Below are positions 25,501 to 39,426 of a DNA stretch of 64,000 nt, piece after piece. This DNA is from Trichoplax adhaerens (lineage: Eukaryota; Animalia; Placozoa), in NCBI RefSeq assembly GCF_000150275.1, contig NW_002060945.1:8944011-9008010 (forward strand), given 5' to 3'. The position numbers were made by a program, and so were the translations under genes. The notes beneath the pieces were generated by a model that was not told where the DNA came from, did not search any database, and worked only from the letters and a program-made list of their open reading frames with translations. Each line of letters opens with the position of its first letter. Positions within the stretch are counted from its first letter, which is position 1.

Positions 25501-28500
25501 CGCTTATTTTATTAAAAAGTCCTTGTCCCTTGTTCCTTTCCCTCAATGTTCTCAGACATATTTCTCCTCTATTATACAACTCTACTTCTACTGCGATAAA
25601 AGTACAAAGCATGGTATACTGTATATTGGGTTAGAGTCCACGAACAACAATATGGCACCGGACATACTTACTGGAGTTATTTGTATCATTAGTAGATTAG
25701 TGCACTGAAATTAAGGTGCAGTATTTGATCAGCAAAAAGCCTGAGGCTTGTATCGGATTAATTAATTTCAATGCTATTCTAATCTGGTATTGTTAAGCCG
25801 TTTTCAAAACAACTTTAGTTCTTTCACAGAACTATACTCAGATGTTCTCCAAGATTATGAAAGGATAAATACATACGCAAATAAACAAATAAAAAATTAG
25901 ATTCAACGGCAAAACTATGTGCTTTATAACATATTCTTTGCTGTTATCATATTATTTGTTCAATATTAGTCCATACAGTAGATTTCTATGAATGTACGAT
26001 TCGTAATTTATGACCAAGTTTGATCGCCGGCTTTTAGACGTCTCTAGGTACTATTTTACTATTCAATTCAGATACTCATTCTATTATTAGAAGAGGGATT
26101 TATTAGTTTGCATTGTGATTAAAATTTATTTATCATGGGAATTCAAAATTTCAAATTTCTGATATTGACGTGTAATATTGCCAACTTTCTAAGATTTATG
26201 ATATGCTATCGAAATCGTATTTGATTCAAGCGTCTACTCAGTAGGGATTCGTAGCGTAAAATGCAGCCTGCGTGTATATTTTTATGCACGTCGACTGACT
26301 GTAATTACGTTAGCTATAGTAAAAATAATAATTCTTCTGTACATACTCCATTTACTTCTGTATTGACAGAGAACACAGGGTATGCAATGCATGTGAGAAA
26401 TTTGCTATGTGTGTATTGTAAATAATCAACGCAAGTTGCCGAAATCTAGATTTATTATATTAATTGCAGTATTATAGGCAATGCAATCCATTTTAAATGG
26501 TGATAAAAATGGGTAACTGAAAAACGCAGTCTGCACTTTTTTTTATCAAAAATACTGTAATAAGGTAGTTAAATCAGAGTATCAATATCAACTATCTACC
26601 GTTATTCAACTGCTCTACCGGTCATTAGAACTACTGTATAATGATAGTATACTGTACACATAATATTGACAGTAATGTGCGTAATAACGTTTTACAATTT
26701 ACGATAAAATATTGTTTACTGTAGTAGAAGTTGAAGACAAGAGCTCAGTTCATACTAGGCAGCTACATGATTGATATTATCGATAATAAACACAACAGTC
26801 CTTGCTGGCTGATCGTGATGAACGTTTGATCTGAAACGAGTAGGGAATTGAATCTAATTCTACATACAAAATGAACATCGTTACTTAACAATTTGGAAAC
26901 GTACAGTATATCAAGTTGCCATTAACCTGCTGCGATCGGACAACAGTAAATAAATCATGAATAGTAATTGTTCAGCTATGATATAGACAAGTAGAGAGGT
27001 TGGTTGACAGTATTAACGACAAAACCATCATGACTTAATTTATTCAGTCATTTTGGGTTAGCTTTCACTTAGTACCATAGGAGATATCTTACCGCTACAG
27101 TATACAGTACAGTACAGTACATAAAGTTATGAAGATATTGGTTACAGGGATGCTTTGAATCCCAAAAGTCAACATTCATTTTTTTAGAAATGAATTTCTT
27201 ATTTATCAAAATCTAAGATAACTTGCAAATCGCAACAATACAGTTCCTGACTAGTGGAGTAGTTGAGGAGATCTATTAACACATAAAGCGATTATAAGCC
27301 GAACTAAGTATACGAATATCCTTCCATGGACAAAGATTATAGGCGTGGAAATTTAAAAATACCTGGATTTTGTTCTCAAAACACCGAGACTTTATTAAGT
27401 AAACAATATCTCGATAGTCCCACAACGGGGAACTCTTTCAACTACTGGACCGCGTTATACAAGTTGTAAAGACTTTGAAGGTAAAAAAAAAAAAATATTA
27501 TTAAGCCAAAGGCCAGCAGCCCGAGGGTTTGAGGAAAATAGCTCAAGATACGGGAACCCACCCACCATAAGATGAATAACCTCAGTTTACTACACTATAT
27601 CAGTTAGCATTCGAGATTTCCATTTGGACATTAAAAATTGGCAATATACACGGATAAAACAGTCAAACGGTAGTGGTGGAACACCGTAGACAATGCTAAA
27701 GAGGAATCAAAATAATGTGCAATACAATAAGGCCAGCTTGCATTCAGTCAATCGTACCGCCTCCAAATTGATAGTAGTGTCCAAGAATACTTTACCGGAT
27801 GAACAGTTCAACACTGGATATCTCATAAACTGAATGTTGTATAGGTAGAAAGAATTCTAAACAAACGTAATATCTACAATTGTACATGCTAGTGAAAAGG
27901 GAATAACGCTGAAACAGGTTTAACGTTGTAGAATATAATTAATAAACAATTGTCAACTTGCAATAATAGCATTGGATTCGTTCACACGATGATTTTGCTA
28001 ACTTTCACCTTCAACGTCAATAGGCTATAATACCGAAATACATGGTGAAAAAATAAAACGACATGGCTATTACATTTAACGTAGTACTGTATATGCTTTG
28101 TAGATTAAAATTTTATATTTTCATTATTAAATAATGGCCATGGTTGGGTTTGACTAAATAATAAATAGGGGGGGGGGGAGAGAGAATCTTGGGGGCAACT
28201 ACAAATTGATAAGTTGGTCATACCTGTACTGTCCACTGTACAGAGTATAGCATCGTTTTCCGCCTTTACAATATTTCAATTATAAATATATTATCACAGT
28301 ATATCTTTAAATGTATGTACATCCATGTAACGAATAATACATCAAGACGGGTACGGATGCTATCCAATTTTTTCTTGAATGAAACAGTCGCAGCAGGAAT
28401 AAAGAATAATGCATCCAAATAAACTCACCCAATACAGCTGTCATTTCATTCGAATACAGTAGTGTAGTATCGATATTGGTTCTATTTACATGTAAATGGT

Positions 28501-29520
28501 CAAAACTGGAATATTTGCAAGTCGAAGATTGATAGACTACTCGTAATTAGAATGGTTTACTTCTGGCATGGTTGGATTTGATTTGCGGTAGTTCATTTTT
28601 TAATTGTTAAGTCATTCCAGTATCGAATAGGACAATCATCATTAGCATCTGTTGTCACCATTGCTGTAATAAGAGCGTCAATTCACTTTCATAGTCATTA
28701 CGAGCAAATGATGATGGAGACAGCAATTTGTATTGATGAATGTGTGCAGTAGAGTATTGTTGGATAGATCGAAAAGGATAGATGTGATCCAAACTGTCCT
28801 AGCTTGATTTCATAAATTGGAAAAGTCAAAGACATTTTATATTGTATCGAAATTGTTGAGATCATTATCATCCAAGTATTCTATGCCAGTGACGATACAC
28901 GATGATGATCAAATCATTTGACGGTCAAGTAGTAGACAACGGCGCGACTCGAAAGTGAAAGTATGACCATCCAGGGTAGTGATGATGATTAAAATGGTAG
29001 GGGTATAGTTACTCGTAGAAACTGGAGATTGATTTTGATTGAGGATGATACATTACTATCCTACTGGAGTAAGTCGTGTTCTGGATTGTAGTGATGGGTA
29101 TATTTGGGGGACTTTATTGTATCATCATGACTACAAAAATGGCCTACTTTCCAGTTGTAGTAGTCTGTTTCTGTACCGTATTTCCATCGCATCATGATCA
29201 ATGAATCATTGGAGCATTGAAGATAGGAAGGAGATCAAGTTTAATCGCCGCCCGAGCACAAAAACAAGATAGCAAGGAGATCAAGTTTAATCGTCGCCCG
29301 AGCACAAAAACGAGATAGCAAGGAGATCAAGTTTAATCGCCGCCCGAGCACAAAAACAAGATACGTACGTATATTGAATAGAGGGGGAAAAAAAAACCCA
29401 CTTTGGAAATGGGCAAAATGACCATATAGAATCGATATACAGACCTGGGCCATCGAATTTCTTAATAATGGTTTCAATAAATATATTTTGGGGCGCCTTT
29501 AAGCCTCGACGGATAGGCAT
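19563..29520 (-). CDS. KCNH2: KCNH-family ERG-type voltage-gated K+ channel (PAS, S1-S6, CNBHD), 10 exons, ~1063 aa
   Basis: Exons 29520-29445, 24619-24389, 23838-23716, 23029-22407, 22313-21864, 21742-21340, 21242-21043, 20838-20586, 20485-20292 and 20201-19563 join in frame (3192 nt). PAS-cap [12 protein letters not shown]; S4 [13 protein letters not shown]; pore [15 protein letters not shown]; ERG-diagnostic S6 [22 protein letters not shown]; [21 protein letters not shown]. The symbol denotes the ERG (KCNH2/6/7) subfamily, not 1:1 orthology. Confidence 0.95.
29225..29365. repeat. 46-bp tandem repeat x3 in ERG intron 1
   Basis: GAGATCAAGTTTAATCG(C/T)CGCCCGAGCACAAAAAC(A/G)AGATA at 29231, 29277 and 29323. 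Confidence 0.95.
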
Positions 29521-30332
29521 GTTGAAAAGTGGATGTTGACGTTAACACGCGTTCTTCTCCAGTTCAATTGATTGGGTATTGGCAATGTTTCAAATAGGAA
29601 GAATGCTTCTACGTCTATCCATTGGCATGCAAGGACAAAATATCTCAATTAATGAATCAATCAATTAAGCCTCTAAAAGTTGTGAAATATTATTACCAAT
29701 AGCCGATGTTAATTGAAATAGTCTATGGAGAGAAAATTGTACAACAAGGCATTTGGATTTATCTTTCCAATATCTATTTACCCTAATCTTAAAAGATTGC
29801 ATTGGCTATTCAATTCATTGAAAGCGCACTTCACCACTGTAGTCACCTGTACTGTAGATTGTAAACTAACCATGTTTCAGGCAGAGAGTCAGTCATGACA
29901 ACACCTGCCCTACAATCCTCTAGACTGTAATGAACAATGCTTTTACAGTACTCTAGGGGTCTAAAGTACCGTAGTGTACAGTACAGTACGTGTGTGGAAG
30001 CTCAGTAGACCTGAGAAAGGTTCGGTTCGGTTCGGTTCAAACCGCTATGATCTATACTGTACTGGAAAGTCATTTGATATTTCAAGTGCCATTTAAATGA
30101 CAGACGCAAAAATGTGTGGAAAATATCCTGATATTACACTTAGAAATCTCCAATGACTTTCCACACACATCTTGTTACGTATGGAATTCATTTCAACGTG
30201 TTTTCATCTAAAGAGATCGACATCGTCAGTACCCAATAGGAGAAAGAGGACAACGAATCTACCGCTTCCAATCAACTAATGCAGTCATCCTGGTATATCC
30301 TGTTTTCTACAGGCATTTTCTATGGTAATGTC

Positions 30333-31915
30333 AAGCACAAAACACGTACTGTACTCTTGTCCATGTCTTCGTCCTGCGCTCGAGTGCTAGTCTATCAGTG
30401 AGTCAGTCCTACAAGACGTGTAGACTAAAAGGTGAAGCACACAACACGTACTCTTGTCAGGCTTCGAGTGCTAGTCTATCAGTGAGTCAATCCTACAAGA
30501 CGTGTAGACTAAAAGGTGAAGCACACAACACGTACTCTTGTCAGGCTTCGTTCGTCCTGCTTCGAGTGCTAGTCTATCAGTGAGTCAGTCCTACAAGGCG
30601 TGTAGGCTAAAAGGTGAAGCACACAACACGTACTCTTGTCCATGTCTTCGTCCTGCGCTCGAGTGCTAGTCTATCAGCGAGTCAGTCCTACAAGACGTGT
30701 AGACTAAAAGGTGAAGCACACAACACGTACTCTTGTCAGGCTTCGAGTGCTAGTCTATCAGTGAGTCAATCCTACAAGACGTGTAGACTAAAAGGTGAAG
30801 CACACAACACGTACTCTTGTCAGGCTTCGTTCGTCCTGCTTCGAGTGCTAGTCTATCAGTGAGTCAGTCCTACAAGGCGTGTAGGCTAAAAGGTGAAGCA
30901 CACAACACGTACTCTTGTCCATGTCTTCGTCCTGCGCTCGAGTGCTAGTCTATCAGCGAGTCAGTCCTACAAGACGTGTAGACTAAAAGGTGAAGCACAC
31001 AACACGTACTCTTGTCAGGCTTCGAGTGCTAGTCTATCAGTGAGTCAATCCTACAAGACGTGTAGACTAAAAGGTGAAGCACACAACACGTACTCTTGTC
31101 AGGCTTCGTTCGTCCTGCTTCGAGTGCTAGTCTATCAGTGAGTCAGTCCTACAAGGCGTGTAGGCTAAAAGGTGAAGCACACAACACGTACTCTTGTCCA
31201 TGTCTTCGTCCTGCGCTCGAGTGCTAGTCTATCAGCGAGTCAGTCCTACAAGACGTGTAGACTAAAAGGTGAAGCACACAACACGTACTCTTGTCAGGTG
31301 CGTTCGTCCTGCTTCGAGTGCTAGTCTATCAGTGAGTCAGTCCTACAAGACGTGTAGACTAAAAGGTGAAGCACACAACACGTACTCTTGTCAGGCTTCG
31401 AGTGCTAGTCTATCAGTGAGTCAATCCTACAAGACGTGTAGACTAAAAGGTGAAGCACACAACACGTACTCTTGTCAGGCTTCGTTCGTCCTGCTTCAAG
31501 TGCTAGTCTATCAGTGCGTCAATCCTACAAGACGGGTCTATTGTGCAGGTCGCATGCCCCCAATAACTTCAAGCACAAAACACGTACTGTATCACTGTAT
31601 GTACTGTACAGTGTACAGTACAGTACTGTACGGTACTGTACTCTTGTCAGGTACGTTCGTCCTGCGCTCGAGTGCTACAGTAGTCCATCCGGGAGTCAAT
31701 CCTACAAGACGGGTCTACAGTATTGTGCAGGTCACATGCTACCAATAACGTCAAGCACAAAAACCGGTACTGTATCACTGCATGTACTGTACAGTGTACA
31801 GTGTACAGTACAGTACTCTTGTCAGGTACGTTCGTCCTGCGCTCGAGTGCTAGTCCATCAAGGGAGTCAATCCTACAAGACGTGTAGAATTGTCTATTGT
31901 GCGGATCGCATGCCC
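30333..31915. repeat. Higher-order minisatellite (84+98+97 = 279-bp period) with degenerate right end, upstream of ERG
   Basis: GTGCTAGTCTATCAG at 30384, 30468, 30566, 30663, 30747, 30845, 30942, 31026, 31124, 31221, 31318, 31402 and 31500. Confidence 0.95.
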
Positions 31916-34900
31916 CCCCAACATTCATACAATTCTTATCCAAGTACAGTACAGTAGATAGAATTCTAGAACGTCAGATCATTCATTTCCAATACAAATA
32001 CTTGTAATATGATAACAGTAATAAGAAGCACGGGTGAAATCATCTTCCTCGCTTCTTGGTGTTGATGATTCCATAAATAAAATAATTAAATACTGTACGA
32101 TAACTAAGGCGACCATTCGCAACGATTCAGCGTTTACTCGGAGCTTTGCAGCGCTATTGCAAACAACCACACCGGCTACTATTAATTATTTATTTATTTA
32201 TTTATTACACAGTATTATTATTCACTACAAATCCTTGCAGTGATGACGTCATACTAACTGCCGCGCACTACTTGATGTGCTGAAGGTTCAAGAACTGATT
32301 CTAATTCTACCCCCAACGTATACAGTATAGTAGTAATATACAGCACAGTACGTATAATGTAAATCGTTTACTAAAGGCTAGAGTTCAAAATAGGGACTAC
32401 TTCATTTCTTACAGTAGTATCTGGTTCAAACGAATGCTATTGATTCCTAATCTCGATCGATAACACAGTTCTGTAGAATATGACAAGACATGAAAGCCAA
32501 CACGAGCACCGGCATTCACTGTGTGTGTGCTGTATAAATTGCGGTGGCTATCCAATCCATTTGATAAACGTAAAACTTTAACCATACAATCAAATTAATG
32601 GACAGTGAATCATTCTTCAGGCAAAGTAGAATAACACTGCTATTGTATAATGCTATTGAAAAGAGAATACTTGGTGCAAGAGTCGAGAAAATGTATTTAT
32701 TACGATCGCTCGTCCATACGATATTTGTGGGGAAGGGGGAAAAATTGAATAATTTAATACAAGGACTGAGGGTCATGAAATACTGTACATTTCAAATTTA
32801 TTGATAGCTATCAGTTAAACACTATTTCGTTGCTTATTTTAATGGCATGATTGTTAGCTGTCTTTTTATTCATGATCAATGGCTTGATCAAGAGTAAAAA
32901 GTAGTAGAGTACAGCATAACAACAACAAAAATGGAACAAATTGAAAAATCTTAGCGGTTGATGATATCATAGGTGTAATTATTAGTACAGTATTATTCGC
33001 TCAGGTGTACGCTACGCGTTTTTTTAAGAGGTGAATGATTTGATCGAAAATGTTCAGTCTTCACAAAGGGTGCATTACTTAAAAAAACGCGTACGGTACA
33101 GTTACACATTGTTCTATTGGTACAACATCGGAAAACTGATAATCGTCATCAATAACATCAAAGTGTTGATAGCATACGGCAGGTATTCTCATATTATTCA
33201 GTCTTTGCCAAGCATATGGAGAAATGAAGGCATTCAGTTTGTGGTTTACATTCCCACGTGGACAAGGTTACTTGATACTTTCACACGGTAGTAGGTTTAG
33301 ATGTGCCAATAATACTGAACAGTGCACGTGCACTAGAGTAATGTTGTATTTGTGTTGATGATCGCTGCATCCGAGCAGGAATTGTATGAAAGTTCTAATT
33401 TGTGTATTTTGTATTTAGAAACTGGAAAGAATAAGATAATAAAATAAATAATATAATATAGAGAAGATACAGTACTCCACATTATGTTCTCAAGCACTGT
33501 AACCGACTGCAGCTTTAAGCTGCAGTGTAAAGTCTACCAGATTAGGGAGTGTACTAGTCGCTCTACTATTCACCATTGACATCCAAATGAGCTGGCAGGT
33601 TGGTTTGTATGATTTTCACCGGTAGAGTAGGTGACCAAGAAAAAATACGGTGGCTTAGAAAAGTGATAGGCCTACACATTTTCTTGTACGGTACAGCGCG
33701 CTTACTTCATATCTCTCTCAGTGTACTTTTTGTTCGAGGTACATGCTGTAAGAGTAAAAATCTCGATCGCTACTATACCGTTATTGTACATATAAGAAAA
33801 GCAGAGACTTTAACCCCCAAAAGAGTGCCCATAATACCTGGCAGGTTTATTTTGTATTGATTGATTCATTCTCTCAACCTCATTTCAGTGCGTTCATCGG
33901 ATTTCCGATTGAAAGAAGAAGGAAGTTGCAAAACGCTGCTGTAGAGAAGCATACGGTGTCCTATCTATAATGGAGTAGTGTTGGTGAATTCATTTCTGCT
34001 AGCAATTTGTACAGTTGAATACTCGTCTTTCATCGTCACTCCAATCCATCGAGCTGATGCTCTTTACAAGTCCTGGACCGGACCCTGAGTGCACAAGACA
34101 GCGTTCTTTTGTTTTACTTGTAGTCCTCTAAATAGGACAGGAAGCGGTCGGATTCAATATAATAAAAAAAAAAATATGGGCTGACTCTTTTACTGATCAT
34201 TTCAACTAAAGCGTATATCACAGGTGATATATTATATGCTGTCCATTGAACTGTCTCCCAATCATTATCGGCAGCGTTGGTATTGTCTATGTTAGCATAT
34301 GTAGTAGTATGGACCACTAGAAATAGACTTGGGCTGGGATTCATAGGAGTAACATTGATGATGTGAAGTTACTGCTTCCAAGCAAAGCTTAGCAACAGGT
34401 AATGGGATGGGATGTCATAGACAGTAAAATTACTTCATTTAGAAAGAAAAATATCAGTCCAATTCAGAATCGACTGTTTGCATCACTATCGTACTTCAAC
34501 CCCATGTTTGACTTTCATTGTTGACCAAATAAGGCTAAATGTCTGTCTGTCTAAAAGCGTGTGCAGTGTGCACTCAGTTTACAGTACTGTACTGTAGGTG
34601 GATGGTCCATGTACTGTACAGTACTGTACAATGTACCGCGGATTGGACTGCACACTACACGCTAACCCCAGCTAGCAAAAACCTGCTAAGCGGTTCGGTT
34701 CGGAGTAAAAAGTATTCGGTTCAGACCCGAACCGAACCTCGGACAGATCTAAAACTTTGTACAGTACAGTGTACAGTACTGTGCTTCACGCGTTTACTCA
34801 AGCGAACCTTTCTCAACTCGAATCTCTATATGGACAGTACAGTACGCAGCCGCTAACTAAACCTTGGCCTTGTTGATCATTGCAATCCTTTTACCTACTG

Positions 34901-35044
34901 TCGTGTGCAAATCCGCCTTGGTCACCAGCAGCACGTTGAAGGAGTCGATCATTGTAGTTTTTGAGGGCCGAGATTGAGTATATTGGCAGCTTGGATTATA
35001 TCATTCTTGTGGATGAAAGTTGCAAACTAACCAGATATTGAACT

Positions 35045-38000
35045 ATGTACCGATCAGGATTGTTAGTAGTAAGCGATCAATTCAAGTCCAGTGCCTTCAA
35101 GTTCTTATTGAAACGAGCCGCACAACATGTCCGACAGACGTTGTATGTTCATTATGAGCAATTGGACAAGGTAAGGCTTTGTATCATGTAGGTGCAGTAC
35201 AGTAGAAAGGAATGGATGCATATCCACTATCGGTAGCATCAAGTAGAAATTGGCACTACAGATTGCGTGAAAAGTAGATGTCGATGGTAGATTATCCATT
35301 AATTAGTAGTGAATAGTGAATACTACCTTGTAGCCTTGAAGCCTACAACATAATTTTGAATACATTGACATCAGTGGGTCTGTCACGGCTAAAGCGCCAA
35401 TGAAGAGCAAAATCTTTTTTGAATTTCGAGCTTGAGACGACTATGCAAGTGCCTTGAAATACAATTTTCATCCTATTCAACCATTTTATTGCTCTATGGA
35501 AGTGTTAAATTGTATAGCATACTGGAAAAGAAACGAATGCAATTTTATTTCCTTTCTCTGTAGTAAGTAATCTTGCTTGCTTAAAGTATACTGTATGGAA
35601 GTACAGTACTACGCGTATTGTACTTTTCTTTCAGCCTTTAGCCGTAACAGATCCGTAGCAACGAATCACACACTATGGTAGTGTAATGTCGAAATGCTGC
35701 AATAGAAATTGTATGCAAAATAGGCTAGACACGAAATATAAATTGCATTCGTTATTCTGCATTAGACGCTATTCAGTGGACTCTCAGTGAGTTCATAGGA
35801 ATGAATCATGATTCATTATGACCAGTATACACGTACCATCAAAATGTCGACATTTTGACCAAGGAAATTGTATACAAATTGAACACAAAATAGGTGCCCA
35901 CAATAAATTACCTATTCTTGAATATTGCACCCTTTAAGATTACAACATTGATGAATCTAGAATACAAGCTATTAAATTGATACATCCATTTTCAATATAT
36001 CTGCAGGAAAAGAAGATCAATGATAGCCTAGTCCGCAAGCAGTATCAGTTAATTATCAAATATATATACAATTCCGCATCAGAAATCAACAATGAATTGG
36101 ATATCAGAGTATTGTTACCGACGACTATCGGCGAATGGAGCAAGCGAGAAATTGCTAAAAGTGTTGATGTAGCTTTACAAGCATCCAATGATAACTTGCA
36201 GTCTACAACTAATCTGGACTTGAGATCTTCGCTAATCAACAAATATTCTCTCAAAGATAGCGACCTCTACGCTCATGAAATTTTAGATTTAAGCGATTAT
36301 GTTGAAAATAATAATATTGAAGACCATCTAGAAGAAATTGGTAATCACTAAACCAATAAATACTGTAAATTAGTAATGCAAACAATCATGTTTTCAATTG
36401 CTAATATGCAATTTGCAAAGTCATATTCCAAAATTGAATGCAGATATTTCGTACGTATTTGTTGGGTGTACGAATGCACGCATTTCAATGAAGGATCACA
36501 CACAAAAAATGTAATGTACTTGTAAAGCGTAGTACTATATATGCAAAATGCTCATCAATCATTCATAATTGTTTCTATTTTGGTATTATTTTGTTTTTCA
36601 TGATTAGATGGTGATATCTACCCAAGTGTTATAATTGGAGGCACATTTGATAGATTGCATAATGGCCATAAACTATTGCTTTCAACAGCATCTCTCTATT
36701 CTCAGAAAGAACTGTATGTGGGTGTAACTGATGGCCCTATGGTAGCGAATAAAACTTTATCTGAGCTAATGGAATCAACACATACACGCATTGCACGCGT
36801 CAAAAGGTACAAACTAAACTTTCAACTGTAATCATTGGTAAATGCCAGATGCTAAGTGATAAATATAAATAGAACCACGAATTATATGCATTTCCTAGTC
36901 AGATTTTCAATGTCATCAAAATATACTTAAAGACACATGTCTAAAAATTATTGTTCCATCTTGTGCTCTTCTTATCTTATCTCATGAGTTGTTGCTAGAT
37001 ATTACTTGATTGCATGCTGAGTAGCAACCGATAAATCGCTAGCATCTATTGTATTCATGCCCGGATATAATACAAGCATGAGATAAAATATATACAACAT
37101 AAAGGAGTGAAGGCTTGTAATACTGTACTGGCATCTTTTCTAAGTAACGAAATCGATAGTAACATAATGAAATAATCCTTTCTGATTATAATCTGAATAA
37201 ATCGCCATTAACGCGTCAGTTAAAAGCTTATACAATCATTACCGCATTAATTATATAGCAAAAGTATTACAGGGAGTCGACATTAGAAGAAATATAAAAC
37301 TTACTTAGTTATTTTTATCTACTTGCTTTATTAACACATCGGTCGAAATAAAAGGTTTGGTTAAGACCATCAAAATTGCTCATAGTTAAGATATGCTTAA
37401 TACATTATAGACAATTCATTCTGTAATACATAACTTATCGTATCTAAATTCCATACGTTTTTATAGTTTCCTACGTGACATTCAACCTTCAATACAATAT
37501 CATGTAGTTCCAATTATTGATCCATTTGGTCCTTCAATAACTGAAAAAGATATACAGTGTATCGTCGTTAGTCAAGAAACATTAAAAGGCGGTAGCGTCG
37601 TAAATGAAGAAAGATCTAAGAAAGTTCGTTGTGTCAATGATATAACAAATGTAAATAGACTTATTGTGTCTGTACTACAATAATTATAATTGACCATTAT
37701 TTAAATTTATTAGAATTATGATCCTCTTGTCATCAAGAAAATTGACCTAGTAGCAGCTGAAAGTAATAATCAACTGGATTGGATGCAGGATGTAAAAATC
37801 AGCTCTACAACATTACGTCAAAAAATTCTTAGTGATCTTTTACAACCATTGAAAGTGCGTCAAGTTTTGCTAATGGTTGATCGCTACACTATTTACCGGA
37901 TCTTTACATACTCCTATAATAGGATATGTAACTAGACATTATTACTTTTATACTATGCTTAGGATGAGAAAATAAACGCTCCCTGGACTAAGAAAATTGA

Positions 38001-39367
38001 GAGTTTTCTTCTGCCGGATATACCGAAGCAACGTCTACCTTACTTAATTGGGCTCACAGGCGGAATTGCTAGTGGGAAAACATCTATTTCAGCACGGCTG
38101 GAAAAATTAGGAGCAGCCATCATTAACTGTGATAAGGTATGCTAAATAACCCTTATACTGCATGATAAATCACGAAATAATAGCTAAGACTTCAATATAT
38201 TGAACATTTATTTTTCAATAAAATTATATTAGCTTGCTCATAAAGCCTATCTTCCTGGTACTAAATCTTACAGTGAAATTTTAAAAGTGTTTGGAAAAGG
38301 TTGGTTATGATGTTAATACCTGCATGCACTCTTGCTTAGAAGTTTTTGATCCGACCTTACCTACTTTCGTGCTAATCGTTATATTGAAATTTAAAACATC
38401 GTAAATATTAGAGCTAAAATGGTCATCAAATAAATCCTTTCACATTTATCATATTTATTATACTTCAGGGATTATCGGCGAAAATGACTGCATTGATAGA
38501 AAGTCATTAAGTGCAATTGTATTTGCCAATGCTGTATGTGCAGACAATTCGATGCCAGCTATTACATTGAAGCTATACTGTACTGAGTAACTATCTTAAA
38601 ACTGAATAATGTAGGATCTATTGGAGAAGCTTAATAATATTGTGTGGCCAGCTGTTGCAGATCTAGTACGACAGGAAGTCCAAATTGCTGCTACAAATGG
38701 TTAGATTGGTATAGATTTATACAATAGAATAATTCTCCACATGCGTTCGCTGTAAATTACCTCATATTAATGCACGTAGTAAAAAACAATATTTAGGAAC
38801 TTCAGTTTGTGTTATCGAAGCTGCGCTCTTGCTGGAAGCTAACTGGAAGAAATTCTTAAATGAGGTTTGGGTATCGACTATTCCAGTCAAGGAGGTAAAT
38901 TATCGATCGTTACATTTTAATAGTTTTATTGAAGCCATGGCTATCATTATACTAAGTATTACCTGCTTTTGGCGACTGATATCATTAATAATTATGAAAT
39001 TAAAATTTTAGGCAATTACTCGGGTAGTTAAACGAGATAACGTCAATGAAGAGCAAGCGAAACGGAGAATTGAATCACAAATGACTAATGCGGAACGCAT
39101 CAATCACGCTGATGTTGTCTTAACAACATTATGGGAGCCTGAAATAACACAAAAACAAGTAAGTTACATACGTAGTTTTCAGGTTCCCCAACTTCAGCTA
39201 TTGGCAAATTAGAGGCCATTAATAATGCTTTTAAAAAATGATTTTGGGCTTACTGGTATATTTTATATATATATGATACAAAGGTTGAATTTGCGTGGCA
39301 ACAACTAAACCGAAGAATCGGCCTTTATCAAAGTCTGTCTATTGGCCATCCTATTGATAACAGGTAA
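35045..39367 (+). CDS. COASY: Bifunctional coenzyme A synthase (PPAT + dephospho-CoA kinase), 12 exons, ~558 aa in the short form
   Basis: Exons 35045-35170, 36007-36340, 36608-36806, 37467-37623, 37714-37854, 37963-38136, 38233-38299, 38469-38533, 38615-38699, 38797-38894, 39012-39158 and 39284-39367 join in frame (1677 nt). N-terminus MYRSGLLVV..TLYVH; PPAT motifs GGTFDRLHNGHK, DPFGPS, VVSQET, KISST; DPCK P-loop GLTGGIASGKT; terminal TLWEPEITQKQVEFAWQQL. Confidence 0.95.
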
Positions 39368-39426
39368 ATTACAACTTTTACTATTAGCGAAGGTCCTGTA
39401 TCGGATTAATTATAAACTATTAATAG

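Noticed and set aside
30398-31957. Repeated 61-161-aa ORFs (SYKTCRLKGEAHNTYSCQ)
   Set aside because: They are translations of the 279-bp higher-order repeat, mostly with non-ATG starts.
36444-36510. Possible extra COASY exon within intron 2
   Set aside because: It would change the phase; 36340 joins 36608 in frame without it.
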